The position numbers and the translations under genes were made by a program. The notes below the pieces were generated by a model. It had not been told where the DNA came from and made no database searches. It was given only the letters and a program-made list of their open reading frames with translations. 64,000 nt of DNA, taken from positions 56,398 to 120,397 of the forward strand of contig CALSTB010000005.1 in assembly GCA_943789165.1 (NCBI GenBank), read 5' to 3'. The stretch comes from an uncultured Bacteroidia bacterium (GTDB taxonomy: Bacteria > Bacteroidota > Bacteroidia > NS11-12g > UBA9320). This document shows, in pieces, positions 38,859-51,600 of this stretch; position 1 is the first letter of the stretch; each line of letters starts with the position of its first letter.

Positions 38859-41468
38859 TTACTGAATATAGTTTCTTACAAAAAACAACGTGTATGCATC
38901 TGCGTTGTTATCGACAAGCAAAGTACGAAAATTACTTTGAGAGATAATATATAAGTCGTACGCCCGAATACCTACTTCCTTAAAAAACTTGTCTTTTTTA
39001 ATAAACTCCAAGTAGTATGATTCAGCCTTGTCTTTGTCCGCAAAGCTTTGTGCAGCAATCACATTTTTATCTCCAACGATATACGTGTTGATTTTAATAT
39101 TTTCCAATCCGTGTTGTTCACGGTTGTAATCGCTGAAACCTGCAAGGATATCTGTCGTATTGCCACCGTCATAAATCACGATAAAATAGTGTTCTTCACC
39201 CGGATTGAATTTGTATTTCTGTGATTCTTCTTCATTCACATCAACATTGTCCTTTTCTCTTAGGTACTGCAAATTGTAACTGGCTTCATTGGCAATCCGC
39301 GTTCCAGGATATTGGTCTACAATGCGTTGCAATTCAGTCATATAGGCATCTTTGCCTTTGGTGCGACCAAATATTAAAGCCTGTAAGTAATCGAATTTCG
39401 CTTGAAGGCTGTTACCGGCATATTTTTCTGTGACCTCTTGTTTAATGGCTAAGGCTTTCTCATAATCTGCATTCAAGTAAGCCGTATAGGCAGCATCATA
39501 TAAATTCGAAACTTCATTGTTTCCCCCCAGTTGTTCCGCCAATTCTCGATTGTTTAAAACGAGGTTAAACGGACTCTTTGGATATTTTTTATCCAATAGT
39601 TTCGAATATTTATCGGCTTCATCATTAGCCCCTAATTCTGTTGCAATCTTGTTAAGGATGAAATACGTTTCAGGTTCATTTACGCCTTCAGGGAATCTGT
39701 TCAGAGAAGACAATAAATACGTTTTGGCTTTCGGATATTCCTTCAAATCCTCAAAATATATTTTCCCTGTGTTAAACAAGGCCATTTCAATTTTGCTCAA
39801 AGCTGCCAATTTCGCTTCAGCTGAAAACGGAATGTTTTTGTAATACTTCTTCAGATCTTCCGACACATTTTTAATAACATCTTGGGCATCCGAATCTTGG
39901 TCTGGATCATAGATGTCTTTTGTCTTGTCAGCAACCTTATCAGGGTCTTTGGTTTGGTCATCGACCTTATTCAACGTGGCCTGCATACTCACATACCGCC
40001 ACAAATCTGTTTTGGGTCGATTGCCCCATTGACGTTTGAAATCATTTGATCCTCGCGCAACTGCAGAAGTGTTATAGAAGTACCAAGTGCCTCCAGCAAC
40101 AGGAGTGGTGGTGACTTTATTGGGCTGACCAAATGGGTCGAAGTCATCAATTATCGGTTTGTTTTGATTTGCCTTTTCTTTAGCGATTTGTGCTTGCCTC
40201 AGTTCCTCTGCTTGTTGTGCAGCAATTTTTTTATCTAATTCTGGTTTAGGTAATTCCGATAATTTTAACAAACTGTCCATGGTATACACCATAACCAAGT
40301 TTTCAATTAAGTCGGTAAGGACAATCTGTTTTGCTTTGATGTTTTCATAGTCAGAACGTGTATTCGACATAAACATGGCCGTGCTATCAAAATACTTTTG
40401 CGACTTTTCATAGTCCTTTTGTTCAAAGTAAATTTTGGCTAGAGCCAGATAACTATTCGCTTTTTGGTCCTTGTTTTTTACACTCGATTGTGCAGACATC
40501 GCATAGTACGCGATAGCCTCATTCATGTTGCCAGCCTGTACCTCTAAGTTTGCCAACTCAAAATAGATTTGATCATAGTAGTCGATGTTTTTATCATCAG
40601 CCAACATCTTTTTCAAATACTTGCGCGGCGTTCTTAAAGACTTTTCCTCACTCAAGCCAATGGTTTTGATTAGACCTAAGTTTGATTGAAAAGCCAGTAC
40701 GTACGGAGGGTTTAGTTTGATGGTTTTAATGAAATGTCCTTTGGACTTTTCACTTTCTTTGTTTTTGAGATAAAGTTGAGCAAGTATGAAGTTGTATCTC
40801 GACTTTTCGTCGCGCTTTCGCGTTAGTTTTAATGCACCCTCAAGTGCATCAATTGCCTGTAAGTATTTTTCTTGCTGAATGTATATTTCTGCCGAGATGG
40901 CTAAAAAGTCCTTCTGTAATCTACTTGGAAATTCACCTTCTTTCTTAACCACGCTCATGATGGCTTCTGCATCATAAAACTTCTCTTGAGCGATGTAAGA
41001 CATGAGAATACCAAGTTTTGCGTCGTACTTACGCTCGCCATTTGGAAACTGGTTTGCAACGTATTGATAGGTTTCAATCGCTGTGAACAATTCGTTTTGA
41101 AATAGATACGATTGACCTATTAAATACCAAGCGTCATCCACCCATTTGCTCTTTGGGTGTTTTTTAATGACCCCAGAACACTTTTTATATACCTCTTCTA
41201 AATTCGGTTTTTGTGCGATGCGTTGTTCGGCCGTGCCATATGGAAAAACCCGTAAGATTTCATTAAAGTCATCGACGTTCTGTGACTTCAACGTTTCTTT
41301 GGTTTCCATCAATTGAACCTTAGCCAAATACAGTCCATTGAAACGGGCATTCATGTCATGCCAATTCCTTTTTAACCAACTGTCGTTGTTAGATTGCGCG
41401 AAGGCGGATACCTGAATCAGTATCAGAAGGGATAAACCAAGCGCTTTTTTAGGTGCAATTAATGTCAC
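38859..41468 (-). CDS. sprE: T9SS/gliding TPR protein SprE/PorW-like
   Basis: WHDMNARFNG, IKKHPKSKWVDDAWYLIGQS, WYFYN......G...F...WGNR...D.WR and multiple TPRs. Divergent from the M23-bactofilin-atp genes. Confidence 0.78.
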   Translation of the reverse strand: MTLIAPKKALGLSLLILIQVSAFAQSNNDSWLKRNWHDMNARFNGLYLAKVQLMETKETLKSQNVDDFNEILRVFPYGTAEQRIAQKPNLEEVYKKCSGVIKKHPKSKWVDDAWYLIGQSYLFQNELFTAIETYQYVANQFPNGERKYDAKLGILMSYIAQEKFYDAEAIMSVVKKEGEFPSRLQKDFLAISAEIYIQQEKYLQAIDALEGALKLTRKRDEKSRYNFILAQLYLKNKESEKSKGHFIKTIKLNPPYVLAFQSNLGLIKTIGLSEEKSLRTPRKYLKKMLADDKNIDYYDQIYFELANLEVQAGNMNEAIAYYAMSAQSSVKNKDQKANSYLALAKIYFEQKDYEKSQKYFDSTAMFMSNTRSDYENIKAKQIVLTDLIENLVMVYTMDSLLKLSELPKPELDKKIAAQQAEELRQAQIAKEKANQNKPIIDDFDPFGQPNKVTTTPVAGGTWYFYNTSAVARGSNDFKRQWGNRPKTDLWRYVSMQATLNKVDDQTKDPDKVADKTKDIYDPDQDSDAQDVIKNVSEDLKKYYKNIPFSAEAKLAALSKIEMALFNTGKIYFEDLKEYPKAKTYLLSSLNRFPEGVNEPETYFILNKIATELGANDEADKYSKLLDKKYPKSPFNLVLNNRELAEQLGGNNEVSNLYDAAYTAYLNADYEKALAIKQEVTEKYAGNSLQAKFDYLQALIFGRTKGKDAYMTELQRIVDQYPGTRIANEASYNLQYLREKDNVDVNEEESQKYKFNPGEEHYFIVIYDGGNTTDILAGFSDYNREQHGLENIKINTYIVGDKNVIAAQSFADKDKAESYYLEFIKKDKFFKEVGIRAYDLYIISQSNFRTLLVDNNADAYTLFFVRNYIQ

Positions 41469-41561
41469 GATTCAAATTAATATTGGTATTAGTTATAACT
41501 TTGAATCTGCAATAATATTTTATAACTGGGTAATTTTAGTATTGGAGTTCCCACAATTAAA

Positions 41562-42422
41562 ATGAAAGTATCTCGAATAAAGGAATTTTTAACCAAAAAA
41601 CTGCGGAATCGGTACCGCTTAATCATACGAAATGACGTCAATTTAGAAGAGCGTGTTTCGATGGTGCTCACCCCATTAAATGTGGTTCTGTTGTTGAGTG
41701 GTTTACTCGTAGTTTTTTCTGCTATTGCGATTTTCTTATTGCCTATTACGCCATTACGTTATTTGATGCCTGGAGGAGGGGAAATTAATCCGCGACATTT
41801 TAACGCCATGCAGCAACGATTGGATTCGTTTGAACGTGTAATGGATTTGCAGACTGAAAGGGATTCTAACTTATATCGCATTTTGATGGGAATGGATACG
41901 TTACCTGCTTCGTTTAATGATAAAAAGCTACCTCCCAAGGTGCAAGAAGGTTGGACTTTCTTTCCAACTGCCTCTGCTCAAGCGGTGCCAAGTGGACAGC
42001 AAACAGCCAATTCTGCGACAGAAAAAACGGTAATAGAACAACCACTTAAAAGCGTCTATTCGTTTTATACACCATTAAAAGGCGTGATTACCGATACGTT
42101 TAATGTAAGAAACAAACATACCGCCATAGATATTTCATCGTATCCAAATGCTGCCGTCAAAGCGACTTTGGATGGAACAGTAGTGCTTAGTTCTTGGACA
42201 CCAGAAACCGGGCACGTGATGATATTGCAGCACACCGATAATTTTATTTCAGTCTATAAACACAATGCCGTGTTATTGAAAAAACAAGGCGCTCGTGTTC
42301 GAGTGGGAGAGGTTATCGCGTTAATGGGGAACAGTGGAGAGCTTACTTCTGGTCCGCATTTGCATTTTGAATTGTGGCACAACGGCAGTGCTGTAAACCC
42401 AACAGACTATATTAAATTTTAG
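41562..42422 (+). CDS. M23 family metallopeptidase
   Basis: HTAID (HxxxD), YKH and GPHLHFELW. Confidence 0.9.
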   Translation: MKVSRIKEFLTKKLRNRYRLIIRNDVNLEERVSMVLTPLNVVLLLSGLLVVFSAIAIFLLPITPLRYLMPGGGEINPRHFNAMQQRLDSFERVMDLQTERDSNLYRILMGMDTLPASFNDKKLPPKVQEGWTFFPTASAQAVPSGQQTANSATEKTVIEQPLKSVYSFYTPLKGVITDTFNVRNKHTAIDISSYPNAAVKATLDGTVVLSSWTPETGHVMILQHTDNFISVYKHNAVLLKKQGARVRVGEVIALMGNSGELTSGPHLHFELWHNGSAVNPTDYIKF

Positions 42423-42440
42423 AATCACCATATTTGCATT

Positions 42441-42848
42441 ATGTTATCAAATAAAAAGAAAGAAACACAAGTATCTCCAAACGGATCAATCAATGTGATC
42501 GGTTCTGATACCGTTATTGAAGGCAACATTACTTCAAATGGCGACGTACGTATTGATGGCACCTTAGTAGGATCTGTCAAAACCTCATCTAAACTTGTTT
42601 TAGGTATATCAGGTAAAATAGAAGGAGATGTGAATGCCAAATCTGCTGACATTAGCGGTAAGATTTCTGGTAACGCACATGTTTCGGAAATTCTGTATTT
42701 GAAATCGACGTCAAGAATCGTAGGCGACATACATACCAATAAACTTGTGGTTGAATCTGGTGGAGAATTCAATGGCAAGTGTGAGATGGGTAAAACTGCG
42801 ATACCAATAGATTCTGCAAAACAAACCAAAGGCGCTATTGGACAATAA
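42441..42848 (+). CDS. Bactofilin (polymer-forming cytoskeletal protein)
   Basis: IG.DT.IEGNI.SNGDVRIDG beta-helix ending GGEFNGKCEM. Follows an M23 gene. Confidence 0.92.
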   Translation: MLSNKKKETQVSPNGSINVIGSDTVIEGNITSNGDVRIDGTLVGSVKTSSKLVLGISGKIEGDVNAKSADISGKISGNAHVSEILYLKSTSRIVGDIHTNKLVVESGGEFNGKCEMGKTAIPIDSAKQTKGAIGQ

Positions 42849-43044
42849 AGTCGGGCAAAACGTATTAAAATATTCTGGACTCGCTTTCCAGATTGTGGCC
42901 ACAATACTCATTTTGGTATATGCTGGCGGGAAACTCGACACGTATCTTGAAAATACGACGCCTTGGTTTACCTTACTTGGTTCTGTGTTAGGTGTAGTCG
43001 GATCGATGGTGTATTTAATTGTGAAAGTGTCAAAAAACAAATAA
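42838..43044 (+). CDS. AtpZ/AtpI family protein
   Basis: KYSGLAFQ, G.KLD.Y, PWFTL and two TM segments, at the head of the atp operon. Confidence 0.85.
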   Translation: MDNKVGQNVLKYSGLAFQIVATILILVYAGGKLDTYLENTTPWFTLLGSVLGVVGSMVYLIVKVSKNK

Positions 43045-43121
43045 GCTTTCTTCAAATATTTTCTGATATTAATTGGCATATCCCTACAATAAGTTCACCT
43101 TTGCGGCTGAATTTGTAGTCA

Positions 43122-43493
43122 GTGAAATCATACCTCATTAGATTGATAATTATGGCGGCGGTAGTCGCAGGATTAATGCAGTTAATTCACAGTGCATTTA
43201 GTCTTTCAGTTGCGACTTGGAGCTGGGCGGCTTTTGGTTTCTTTTTTACCTTAAATCTACTGATTCATTTTCTCTCAGAAAGCATGCTGAAATCCAGCCA
43301 AAAATCGTTCTTAACATTTATGTATGGAAGCATCGCAATGAGATTTATTTTTAGCATATTTTTCATAGTTATTTACCTGATGGTCAATGAGGTAAGGGAT
43401 AAAATAGTCATAGTGAATTTTCTATTTCTATATTTATTATTCACAACTTTTGAATTATATCATTTAGTTACTAAATTGCGCACCGAAAAATAA
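43122..43493 (+). CDS. Four-TM membrane protein (AtpI-like) in the atp operon
   Basis: Four hydrophobic helices, immediately upstream of atpB. Confidence 0.65.
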   Translation: MKSYLIRLIIMAAVVAGLMQLIHSAFSLSVATWSWAAFGFFFTLNLLIHFLSESMLKSSQKSFLTFMYGSIAMRFIFSIFFIVIYLMVNEVRDKIVIVNFLFLYLLFTTFELYHLVTKLRTEK

Positions 43494-43503
43494 GGAGCTA
43501 TTG

Positions 43504-44676
43504 ATGTTTCAAACCACTGAAAATAAGGAAGTTACGAAAGTGTTTGGATTAAGAAAAATCTTATTGTTTGGCCTGTTTTTCTGTTTTGCAGCTGCGTTTG
43601 CAGTGGCTGAACACGAAGAATCGCATGAAGAACATGCTGAGAAGGAAGAATTTGATGCAGGTAAGATGATTATGCATCACATTGCTGATGCGCACGAGAT
43701 TCACTTTTTCACCTTAAATGAAGGTAAAGAAAATGAATGGCATGCAACAATTCCTTTGCCTATTATTTTAATTGGAGATGGTGGTGTTAAGCTTATGAGC
43801 TCATCGCACTTTTACCACGGAGAAGAAATTCATCTTGATGAAGGTCATGCATATGCGTATGGTGACTATGTTATGATTGATGAAGTAATTTATAATAAAG
43901 ATGCTTCGGGAGATCACGGAATTGCTCGTGACTCAGAAGGGTCAATAACCAATTCAAAACCTTTGGACATGTCGATCACTAAAACAGTGGTTGGTTTGTT
44001 CCTTTCAGTATTTATCCTTCTTTGGATATTCATATCTGTAGGTAAAGCATACAAAAAGAGAGGCCACACGCAAGCACCAAAAGGATTGCAAGCGCTTATC
44101 GAACCTCTTGTTGAATTTGCACATGAGCAAATCATTATTCCATCGGTCGGTAGCAAAGAGAAGGCTGCTAAGTTTACACCGTTCTTATTGTCAGTATTTT
44201 TCTTCATCTGGATAGCCAACTTGTTAGGCTTGATGAGTTTTCTTGGAGGATACAACGTAATGGGATCTATGAGTGTGACTTTGGTATTGGCATTCTTTGT
44301 CTTTGTGATTACCAACATCAACGGAAACAAACATTACTGGAAACACATTTTTGCGCCGGAAGGAGTGCCATTTGCTATTAAGCTGATACTGGTGCCAATC
44401 GAAGCATTACAAATTTTAATTAAACCATTGGTCTTGATGGTACGTTTGACAGCGAACATCACAGCGGGACACATTATCATATTAGCCTTTACTGCGTTGA
44501 TTTTTATCTTCGGACAAAGTAGTGCAGTAGCGGGGTATGGAGTAGGTGTTGGATCTTTGGTATTTATGGTATTTATGTTCTTTATTGAATTGTTGGTTGC
44601 CTTCTTACAAGCCTATGTATTTACATTACTATCGGCCTTGTACTTTGGTTCAGCAGTTGAAGACGGACATCATTAA
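43504..44676 (+). CDS. atpB: ATP synthase F0 subunit a
   Basis: HHIADAH N-terminal extension, RLTANITAGH and ELLVAFLQAYVFT.L. Confidence 0.95.
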   Translation: MFQTTENKEVTKVFGLRKILLFGLFFCFAAAFAVAEHEESHEEHAEKEEFDAGKMIMHHIADAHEIHFFTLNEGKENEWHATIPLPIILIGDGGVKLMSSSHFYHGEEIHLDEGHAYAYGDYVMIDEVIYNKDASGDHGIARDSEGSITNSKPLDMSITKTVVGLFLSVFILLWIFISVGKAYKKRGHTQAPKGLQALIEPLVEFAHEQIIIPSVGSKEKAAKFTPFLLSVFFFIWIANLLGLMSFLGGYNVMGSMSVTLVLAFFVFVITNINGNKHYWKHIFAPEGVPFAIKLILVPIEALQILIKPLVLMVRLTANITAGHIIILAFTALIFIFGQSSAVAGYGVGVGSLVFMVFMFFIELLVAFLQAYVFTLLSALYFGSAVEDGHH

Positions 44677-44695
44677 CAAGCAAATTTTTATTTAA

Positions 44696-44968
<273 letters not shown>

Positions 44969-44990
44969 GTTAAACTAGAAAAATACTATA

Positions 44991-45021
44991 CTGGGGCCGA
45001 TAGTCGGCTCCAGGTTTTTTT
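44991..45021 (+). terminator. Intra-operon hairpin with U-tract after atpE
   Basis: CTGGGGCCGA-TAG-TCGGCTCCAG-GTTTTTTT. Confidence 0.65.
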
Positions 45022-45051
45022 CTTGTTTTAAACGAATTAAATTAAGCATTT

Positions 45052-45555
45052 ATGATTCTTCTAAATTTATTAGCAGCTCCTTTGGGTCTTATTATCTGGA
45101 CCTCTTTGGCATTCATTATTGTATTAGTGCTTCTTAAAAAGTTGGCTTGGAAGCCGATTTTGAACACATTACAAGAACGAAATGATTTTATCGATAAATC
45201 GTTAAAGTCTGCTGAAGAAGCGAAAGTTCAAATGAGTCAGTTAAAATCAGACAATGAGAAATTATTGGCTGAAGCGAGAGTTGAGCGCGAAAAAATGCTC
45301 AAGGAAGCTCGCGAAACGAAAGAAAGCATTATTGCTGAAGCAAAGAAAACGGCTTCTGCAGAAGGAGAGCGATTGGTAAACAGCGCACGTGAAGAGATTG
45401 AAAAAGAGAAAGCGAAAGCAATGTCTGATATCAAAACTCAAGTAGCTGCATTGTCTATTGATATTGCTGAGAAAGTGCTTCGTTCAGAATTGTCTAACAA
45501 AGACAAGCAAGCTGAAATTGTTGAAGAACACTTGAAACAATCTCAATTATCGTAA
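45052..45555 (+). CDS. atpF: ATP synthase F0 subunit b
   Basis: N-terminal TM, AWKPIL..L.ER, coiled coil, IAEKVL. Confidence 0.95.
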   Translation: MILLNLLAAPLGLIIWTSLAFIIVLVLLKKLAWKPILNTLQERNDFIDKSLKSAEEAKVQMSQLKSDNEKLLAEARVEREKMLKEARETKESIIAEAKKTASAEGERLVNSAREEIEKEKAKAMSDIKTQVAALSIDIAEKVLRSELSNKDKQAEIVEEHLKQSQLS

Positions 45556-45556
45556 T

Positions 45557-46093
45557 ATGTCGAGTAGAGTAGCAACACGATACGCAAAATCACTCATTGA
45601 CTTAGCAAAAGCTCAGTCGATAGACGGCAAAGTGTATGAGGAGATGGAGGCTTTTGGCAACCTAGCTCAGGCTAGTGCTGATTTAAGAAGCTTGTTGTCG
45701 AATCCTGTCGTTTCTGCAAAAGACAAGCTTGTTGTTTTAAACAGAGTATTCGAAGATTCAACAGATTTGACGAAAAGCTTTGTGTCGATGGTAGTAGACC
45801 GAAAACGTGAATCGGAGCTTGCTAGCATTGCAAAAGTGTACATCCAAATGTATGATGAAGCGCAAGGAGTAGTAAGGGTTTCTGTGAAATCTGCCATTGC
45901 TCTTGACGAGAAATCATTAGGTGATGTAAAGCGATATTTAAAAGGCTTGGTAAAGCAAGAAGAACTGCAAATTGAAAACATCATCGATTCTTCCGTAATT
46001 GGAGGCATGGTGATTCAGTTTGACGACAAATTGCTTGACTTAAGCATCGCAAAAGAATTAAAAGAAATTAGAAAGCAATTAATTTATAATTAA
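45557..46093 (+). CDS. atpH: ATP synthase F1 subunit delta
   Basis: VATRYAKSL and D.SVIGG...D.S. Confidence 0.95.
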   Translation: MSSRVATRYAKSLIDLAKAQSIDGKVYEEMEAFGNLAQASADLRSLLSNPVVSAKDKLVVLNRVFEDSTDLTKSFVSMVVDRKRESELASIAKVYIQMYDEAQGVVRVSVKSAIALDEKSLGDVKRYLKGLVKQEELQIENIIDSSVIGGMVIQFDDKLLDLSIAKELKEIRKQLIYN

Positions 46094-46099
46094 TAGGTT

Positions 46100-47680
46100 A
46101 TGGCTCAGATCAGACCAGATGAAGTTTCATCGATCATTAAAGAACAGTTATCACATGTTCAAACCGCTGCCCAATTAGAAGAAATTGGTACAGTGTTACA
46201 AGTGGGTGATGGTATTGCCCGTATCCATGGTTTAACAAACGTTAAATCAGGAGAGCTTATTGAATTCGACAATGGTATCAATGCAATCGTATTGAACCTT
46301 GAAGAAGACAACGTCGGAGCAGTTTTACTTGGTGCCTCTTCAGAAATTAGAGAAGGTGACAACGTTAAACGTACAAACCGAATTGCGTCAATCAAGGTTG
46401 GAGAAGGAATGCTTGGACGTGTTGTTGACACACTTGGTAAGCCTCTTGACGGAAAAGGAGAAATCACTGGTGACTTGTACGAAATGCCTTTGGAGCGTAA
46501 AGCACCTGGTGTTATCTACAGAGAGCCTGTAACAGAACCACTTCAAACTGGATTGAAAGCGATTGACGCGATGATTCCAATTGGTAGAGGTCAGCGTGAG
46601 TTGATTATTGGTGACAGACAGACTGGTAAAACAGCTGTTGCGATTGATACTATTATCAACCAAAAAGAATTTTACGACAAAGGAGAACCTGTATATTGTA
46701 TTTACGTAGCTTGTGGACAGAAGTCTTCAACGGTAAAGCAAGTGGTTAAAGCACTAGAAGAAAAAGGTGCAATGGCCTACACAACAGTAGTTTCTTCAAG
46801 TGCTGCGGATCCAGCACCGATGCAGTTTTACGCGCCAATGGCGGGTGCTGCAATTGGTGAGTTTTTTAGAGACACTGGCCGACCAGCCTTGATTATCTAT
46901 GATGATTTGTCGAAACAAGCAGTAGCATATCGTGAGGTATCCTTGCTTCTTAAACGTCCTCCAGGACGTGAGGCATACCCAGGTGACGTTTTCTACTTGC
47001 ACTCAAGATTATTAGAAAGAGCAGCAAAAATCAACAGCTCTGATGAGATTGCAGCTCAAATGAATGATTTACCAGACAACTTGAAGCCTCTTGTAAAAGG
47101 TGGTGGATCTTTGACTGCATTACCGATTATTGAAACACAAGCAGGTGACGTATCTGCCTATATTCCAACCAACGTAATTTCGATTACTGATGGTCAGATT
47201 TTCTTGGAAAGTGATTTGTTTAACTCTGGTGTGCGTCCAGCGATTAACGTAGGTATCTCGGTATCACGTGTTGGGGGTTCTGCTCAGATCAAGTCAATGA
47301 AAAAGACTTCTGGTACGTTGAAACTAGATCAAGCACAATACAGAGAATTAGAAGCCTTCGCTAAATTCGGTTCGGATTTAGACGCGGCAACTAAAGCAGT
47401 ATTGGACAAAGGTTCAAGAAACGTGGAAGTGTTAAAGCAAGGACAATATTCACCATTATCTGTTGGACAACAAGTAGCTATTATCTACTTAGGTACCAAA
47501 GGATTGTTGAAGAATGTACCTGTAAATAAAGTAAGAGCTTTCGAAGCGGAATACTTAGAAACTTTAGCGAAGAAAAGTCCTGATACATTAGCACAACTAA
47601 GTGCTGGTAAATTAAGTGACGAAATCACTGGAGCGTTAGAAACTATTGGTGCTGAAGTAGCTAAAAACTTCGCAGGATAA
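46100..47680 (+). CDS. atpA: ATP synthase F1 subunit alpha
   Basis: [29 protein letters not shown] and [13 protein letters not shown]. Confidence 0.98.
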   Translation: MAQIRPDEVSSIIKEQLSHVQTAAQLEEIGTVLQVGDGIARIHGLTNVKSGELIEFDNGINAIVLNLEEDNVGAVLLGASSEIREGDNVKRTNRIASIKVGEGMLGRVVDTLGKPLDGKGEITGDLYEMPLERKAPGVIYREPVTEPLQTGLKAIDAMIPIGRGQRELIIGDRQTGKTAVAIDTIINQKEFYDKGEPVYCIYVACGQKSSTVKQVVKALEEKGAMAYTTVVSSSAADPAPMQFYAPMAGAAIGEFFRDTGRPALIIYDDLSKQAVAYREVSLLLKRPPGREAYPGDVFYLHSRLLERAAKINSSDEIAAQMNDLPDNLKPLVKGGGSLTALPIIETQAGDVSAYIPTNVISITDGQIFLESDLFNSGVRPAINVGISVSRVGGSAQIKSMKKTSGTLKLDQAQYRELEAFAKFGSDLDAATKAVLDKGSRNVEVLKQGQYSPLSVGQQVAIIYLGTKGLLKNVPVNKVRAFEAEYLETLAKKSPDTLAQLSAGKLSDEITGALETIGAEVAKNFAG

Positions 47681-47697
47681 TTTAAAACAAAAGCATT

Positions 47698-48582
47698 ATG
47701 CCTAACTTAAAAGAGGTACGGAATAGGATAACATCAACCCAATCGACGCAGCAGATTACCAAAGCCATGAAATTGGTTTCGGCAACTAAACTGCGTAAAG
47801 CACAAACGGCTATCACTAAAATGAGACCGTATGCTGAGAAGTTGAATGAGATTCTTGTAAATCTGGGAGATAGTGCGAAAGACGACGACGGCTTAAAAGC
47901 GTATTTTGAATACCGAGAGCCTAAAAAGGCATTAGTTGTTGTTGTATCCTCAGATCGTGGATTGTGCGGTGCGTTTAACTCAAACATTATCAAAGCAACC
48001 AAGAAATTGGTTCAAGAGAATTACGAGGCAAACGGAATCGAATTTGAATTAATGTTTATTGGTAAAAAAGCGTACGACCCTTTCAAAAGAGGAGATTACA
48101 ACTTGAACACCAAGAACATGGCTCACTTATTAACGATTGATGCAGAAAGCACTTTTGAAGTAGCTGAAGGCATTATTCAACGTTACAAAAGCGGTGAGTT
48201 CGATGAAGTTCGTGTGATTTACAACGAGTTCAAGAATGCTGCTACACAATACGTTAGAGTTGAGAAAATGCTTCCTGTAGAAATGGAAAAGTTTGAAGCA
48301 AAAGGTGCTAAACCAACGGTTACAGACTACATCTTCGAACCTGGGAAAGCAGAGATTTTATACGATTTAGTTCCTAGAGCGGTCAAAACACAATTGTTTA
48401 AAGCGTGTTTAGATTCATTGGCCTCTGAACATGGTGCCCGTATGGTATCTATGGATAAGGCAACTGAAAACGCTGGTGAACTTATAGAGAAGTTGAAATT
48501 GAAATACAACCAAGCACGACAAGCGGCAATTACCGGCGAGATTTTAGAGATCGTTGGTGGAGCAGCTGCATTGGAGGCTTAG
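47698..48582 (+). CDS. atpG: ATP synthase F1 subunit gamma
   Basis: QITKAMKLVS, SDRGLCGAFN, SEHGARM and YNQARQAAITGEILEI. Confidence 0.97.
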   Translation: MPNLKEVRNRITSTQSTQQITKAMKLVSATKLRKAQTAITKMRPYAEKLNEILVNLGDSAKDDDGLKAYFEYREPKKALVVVVSSDRGLCGAFNSNIIKATKKLVQENYEANGIEFELMFIGKKAYDPFKRGDYNLNTKNMAHLLTIDAESTFEVAEGIIQRYKSGEFDEVRVIYNEFKNAATQYVRVEKMLPVEMEKFEAKGAKPTVTDYIFEPGKAEILYDLVPRAVKTQLFKACLDSLASEHGARMVSMDKATENAGELIEKLKLKYNQARQAAITGEILEIVGGAAALEA

Positions 48583-48600
48583 TACGAATACAAACTTTAC

Positions 48601-48637
48601 AAAAGAGCCGTACAGCAATGTATGGCTCTTTTTTTTT
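48601..48637. terminator. Bidirectional terminator
   Basis: AAAAGAGCCGTACA-GCAA-TGTATGGCTCTTTTTTTT between convergent genes. Confidence 0.85.
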
Positions 48638-51600
48638 ACCAAACATGCAATACTCCCGAGTACACGTGTTTGGTTCCATCTATTGCGATGATGTCTATAT
48701 TCATCAAATACACACCTGGAAACAAGTCTTTGTTGATGAGGTTGTTTTTGTCTTTCGACTCAACCACCATTACCCCAAATCGGTCGTATAAGCTTAACTC
48801 AATACTTTGAATATTGTGGTTTGGCACAACGTTAAAAGATTCGTTGATGCCGTCGTTGTTAGGACTGTAGGTGTTTGGGATGTAGAATTCATACTCTCCA
48901 GATACAGTAGCCATGTTCTCTGTAGTGTCTAAACAACCTTCCTCAGATTCGATAATCAAACGGATGACATGTTCTCCGTTCTGGGTAAATAAGTGTATAA
49001 ATGAACCATCGTTTTGCTCCATCTCCGCATTGTCGATCGTCCAGAAATTACGCATATTGCGTATAGACGTATTGGTTATTTCCACTTCGAAACCATCAGA
49101 TTCTTTAACCTCAAATGACGCTTCTGGTTGTTCGTATACATCAATATCTACATAAGATGTGTCCACGCAAATTCCATTGCTCTCAACAATGAAAGCCACC
49201 TGCTTTTTCCCAGCTGTGGTATATGCATGAACCACACTATCTGTATAAAAAGACTGACCGTCAATCAACCAATTGTATGATTTATAATCACCAGTTATGG
49301 AAGAGTTGAAGGTGAATTCTGCGTTTGGTAGGCAGCCGCTTACCGTATTGGGTAAGATTGTCCCTTTGGGAGCTTCAATCACGTTTATGTTGACTGATAG
49401 TGTATCGCTGATGCAACCTTGACTGAACATAACAAATTTAACATTGTATTGTCCAGAGTCAGAATAACGGTGCGTATTTTGGGATCCATCGGATGAGAAA
49501 AAACTGTTGCCATCACCATAGTCCCAGTAGCTGGAATCTAAATCAAAGTCAAATTCAACATTGGTCTTTATAGTGACATTCAATGCTTCTTTAGGACAAA
49601 TGTTGTTTGCATGCACAACCATATTCGGCTTAGGTTTTGCCCCAACGTAAATCGTTACTTTACTAGAATCTGTACATTCATAATGTCTCGCAGTTACGGT
49701 AACGTCGTATTTGCCTTTGGTATATGCATGTGAGCTGTAAGGTAATATTGGGTTGGCTGTAGCCGTAGTTTGGTCGCCATAATTCCAGTGAATTTCTTGC
49801 GTTCCTCCTGTTCCGTTGCTGTGGGTTAATTGGTAATTGAAATCAACTGTAGCGATTGAATCACAGTAAATCGAATCCATAGGAAGAAATTGAATCGACG
49901 GTGTTGTAAGGATGTCGTAATACGCAGTATCTGTATGCACAACACATCCTAAATCAGTCTTTTGTTTGAAATAGACATAATCTTGATGCTTTAAGCTGTC
50001 TGTGCTATACACGATATCAGGTCCACCGATTATTTTATTACCATTCAGGTAAACCACATTTTCGGAGAAATAGGCAGAAGGTTTTGCTGTAATGGTGCTT
50101 CCGTAACACGCAACGACATCTGAACTTATGACACTAGCGCGTTTGACTGTTTCTATTGTAATGGCAGGAGAATAGGCGGCTTGGAACATGTCGGTTGCTG
50201 TTTGCGTAGATCTAATCCTAAATCTATAATTGGTAGCAGTTGTATCAGTTTCTGAAATCACATACGAGAAACTTCCGGTCGTTTGAGAAGAGATTAGGCT
50301 ATCAACAGGTGTAAAACTTGAAAAGGCACCAGATCCATCAGTCAATTCAAGAATAAATTGATTGCTTGCGTCTGGTGTAAACCACGTTTTAAATGGAATC
50401 AGAATCGTATCTGAATTACAATATAGGTTTCGGAAGCCATCGCTAAATTCTATAGGCGATTTGAAATGATTTGTTTGGTATTCTGTAAGAACAACATCTT
50501 CAGTGTCGAAATAGAGGCCTACTCTGTTCTGAACAAGCGTATCAACGAATATGTCTTTTTTAAGGGCAATACTAAAAGTCACACTGCCAATGCTCCCTGG
50601 TTCGTCGATAGATTTTGGTGGTAGATGTATGCCATTAAACTCAAACCAAAGGTGGTTCCCTTCTAAAATGTAGGCAAACTCGTGGCTACTTCTGTGGACT
50701 TGCAAAGTCGACAAATCAAATAAGTCCGATAGTGTGTCTCTTACAACCACATCGATGGCCGACGCTGTTCCTTCGTTTTGAAATTCTACCGTATACGTTA
50801 AGCGTCTATCTGTAACCGTGAAAATGCTATCTGGGTAAGCGGTTTTGATATTTGGGTCGTATGGCGCAACCACAACTAACACCGCTGTGTCTGCGTTGTT
50901 GGTTCTATTCCCATCATTTTTAGTAGACGAAGAATCACTCGAAGCGATGAAGGAAATTTTATTACCAACTGAAAGTCCTTTTGTCGCCAAATACAATGAC
51001 AAACGATGATTTACGTTTGGTAAAAGGTTGTACACCGTTGTTTGATAGGTCCCAGATCCCAATGAAGTCCAAGATTTGTGACTCTTAGATAAAGTCGCAA
51101 TATTGTTTGCGGTTTCAACAGTGATGACAGCGCTATCAATAACGGATATGCCTTTGTTGCTCACCACTAAGTTGGCGTAACAATCTGTTCCTTTTCTAAC
51201 AGTTGTGCCTGAACTAAAGCCCAGTTTGACATCAAGGTCTGTAATGGTTTTATGGTAGTTAATAAAGGTATCGATGTGCTTTGTTTCATTTGCGGAGAGC
51301 GAAATAGAAATGGATTTTGTACATCTGTTTTTCCAGATACTCGTGTCGTTAACGAGGGAAATCGCGTACTTACCCGAATCTAAATTAAACAAATAGTAAC
51401 CATCCTTATCTGTAGTCACGTAGTGATTACCAGGCTGTGCGACTACCATTTGACCTCGAATTGGTTTTGAACTAGAATCTATCTTACAAGACGTGCCACC
51501 AGTATACACGTAGCCAGCAATACCATCTTTTAGTTTTGAGTAAAACACAATGTCATGAATCGAATCTTTCTGAATTTGTATTGTGTCAGAAGCGCACTGG